The notes beneath the pieces were generated by a model. It saw only the letters and a list, made by a program, of their open reading frames with translations. It had not been told where the DNA came from and ran no database searches. The translations under genes and the position numbers were made by a program. 64,000 nucleotides of DNA from Dendrobates tinctorius (lineage: Eukaryota): the NCBI RefSeq assembly GCF_039654945.1, contig NW_027361690.1:81964001-82028000 (forward strand), given 5' to 3'. Position 1 is the stretch's first letter; each line of letters begins with the position of its first letter. Shown here one piece after another: positions 62,547 to 64,000 of the stretch.

Positions 62547-64000
62547 AGCACCACATCAAATCTACAGTGGTGATAGAACTCCACATCACATCTACAGTGG
62601 TGATAGAACTCCATATGTCTCCACATCACATTTACAGTGCTGACAGAGCTCCACATCACATCTACAGTGTTGAAAGAACTCCACGTCTCCACATCACATC
62701 TACAGTGGTGATAGAACTCCACGTCTCCACATCACATCTACAGTGGTGAAAGAACTCCGCATGTCTCCACATCACATCTACAGTGGTGATAGAACTCCAC
62801 ATGTCTCCACATCACATCTACAGTGGTGATAGAAATCCACATGTCTCCACATCACATCTACAGTGGTGACAGAGCTCCACATCACATCTAGAGTGGTGAT
62901 AGAACTCCACATGTCTCCACATCACATCTAGATTGGTGATAGATCTCCACATGTCTCCACATCACATCTACAGTGGTGATAGAACTCCACATCACATCTA
63001 GAGTGGTGATAGAAATCCACATGTCTCCACATCAAATCTACAGTGGTGATAGAAATCCACATGTCTCCACATCACATCTACAGTGGTGATAGAGCTCCAC
63101 ATGTCTCCACATAACATCTACAGTGGTGATAGAAATCCACATGTCTCCACATCACATCTACAGTGTTGATAGATCTCCACATGTCTCCACATCACATCTA
63201 CAGTGGTGATAGAGCTTCACATGTCTCCACATCACATCTACAGTGGTGATAGAGCTTCACATGTCTCCACATCACATCTACAGTGGTGATAGAAATCCAC
63301 ATGTCTCCACATCACATCTACAGTGGTGATAGATCTCCACATGTCTCCACATCACATCTACAGTGGTGATAGAGCTTCACATGTCTCCACATCACATCTA
63401 CAGTGGTGATAGAAATCCACATGTCTCCACATCACATCTACAGTGGTGATAGAGCTCCACATCACATCTACAGTGGTGATAGAAATCCACATGTCTCCAC
63501 ATCACATCTACAGTGGTGATAGAAATCCACATGTCTCCACATCACATCTACAGTGGTGATAGAAATCCACATGTCTCCACATCACATCTACAGTGGTGAT
63601 AGAGCTCCACATGTCTCCACATCACATCTACAGTGGTGATAGAAATCCACATGTCTCCACATCATATCTACAGTGATGATAAAACTCCACATCATATCTA
63701 CAGTGATGATAAAACTCCACGTCTCCACATCACATCTACAGTGGCGATAGAGCTCCACATGTCTCCACATCACATCTACAGTGGTGATAGATGTGATGTG
63801 GAGACATGTGGAGATCTATCACCACTCTAGATGTGATGTGGAGCTCTGTCACCACTGTAGATGTGATGTGGAGACATGTGGATTTCTATCATCACTGTAG
63901 ATGTGATGTGGAGACATGTGGAGTTCTATCACCACTGTAGATGTGATGTGGAGACATGCGGAGTTCTTTCACCACTGTAGATGTGATGTGGAGACGTTGA

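Larger units (their letters stand above)
61430..64000. repeat. 30/40-bp minisatellite (atcacatctacagtggtgatagaaatccac[atgtctccac])n, interrupted by a solo LTR and inverted from about 63788
   Basis: Directly visible tandem units. Confidence 0.95.

Noticed and set aside
57229-64000. Preceding ADAMTS17 exon (...LPGMHYSANEQC...)
   Set aside because: Not found; probably right of the window

Overview
Vertebrate genomic DNA, probably a frog (inferred from the repeat families, including Frog Prince-like Tc1). The only host gene I can support is an ADAMTS17-like metalloprotease on the minus strand. Four coding exons (102, 146, 167 and 128 nt) have GT-AG boundaries and splice in frame; they appear to match human exons 11-14 (numbering from recall). 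The rest is intron filled with deeply nested transposable elements: several Tc1 families, two almost identical intact DD36E (Incomer-type) copies in inverted orientation around exons 13-14, a full-length decayed L1, L2 fragments, a chromodomain Ty3/Gypsy element with an apparent self-priming PBS, solo LTRs, hAT/Harbinger/Kolobok/piggyBac-type non-autonomous elements, a V-SINE, satellites and a 143-N gap. There are also short TSD-flanked Penelope-like insertions, two carrying minimal hammerhead ribozyme motifs. Everything was read by eye, so coordinates of decayed elements are approximate. I found no wholly new protein-coding system; the best leads are RNA-structural.
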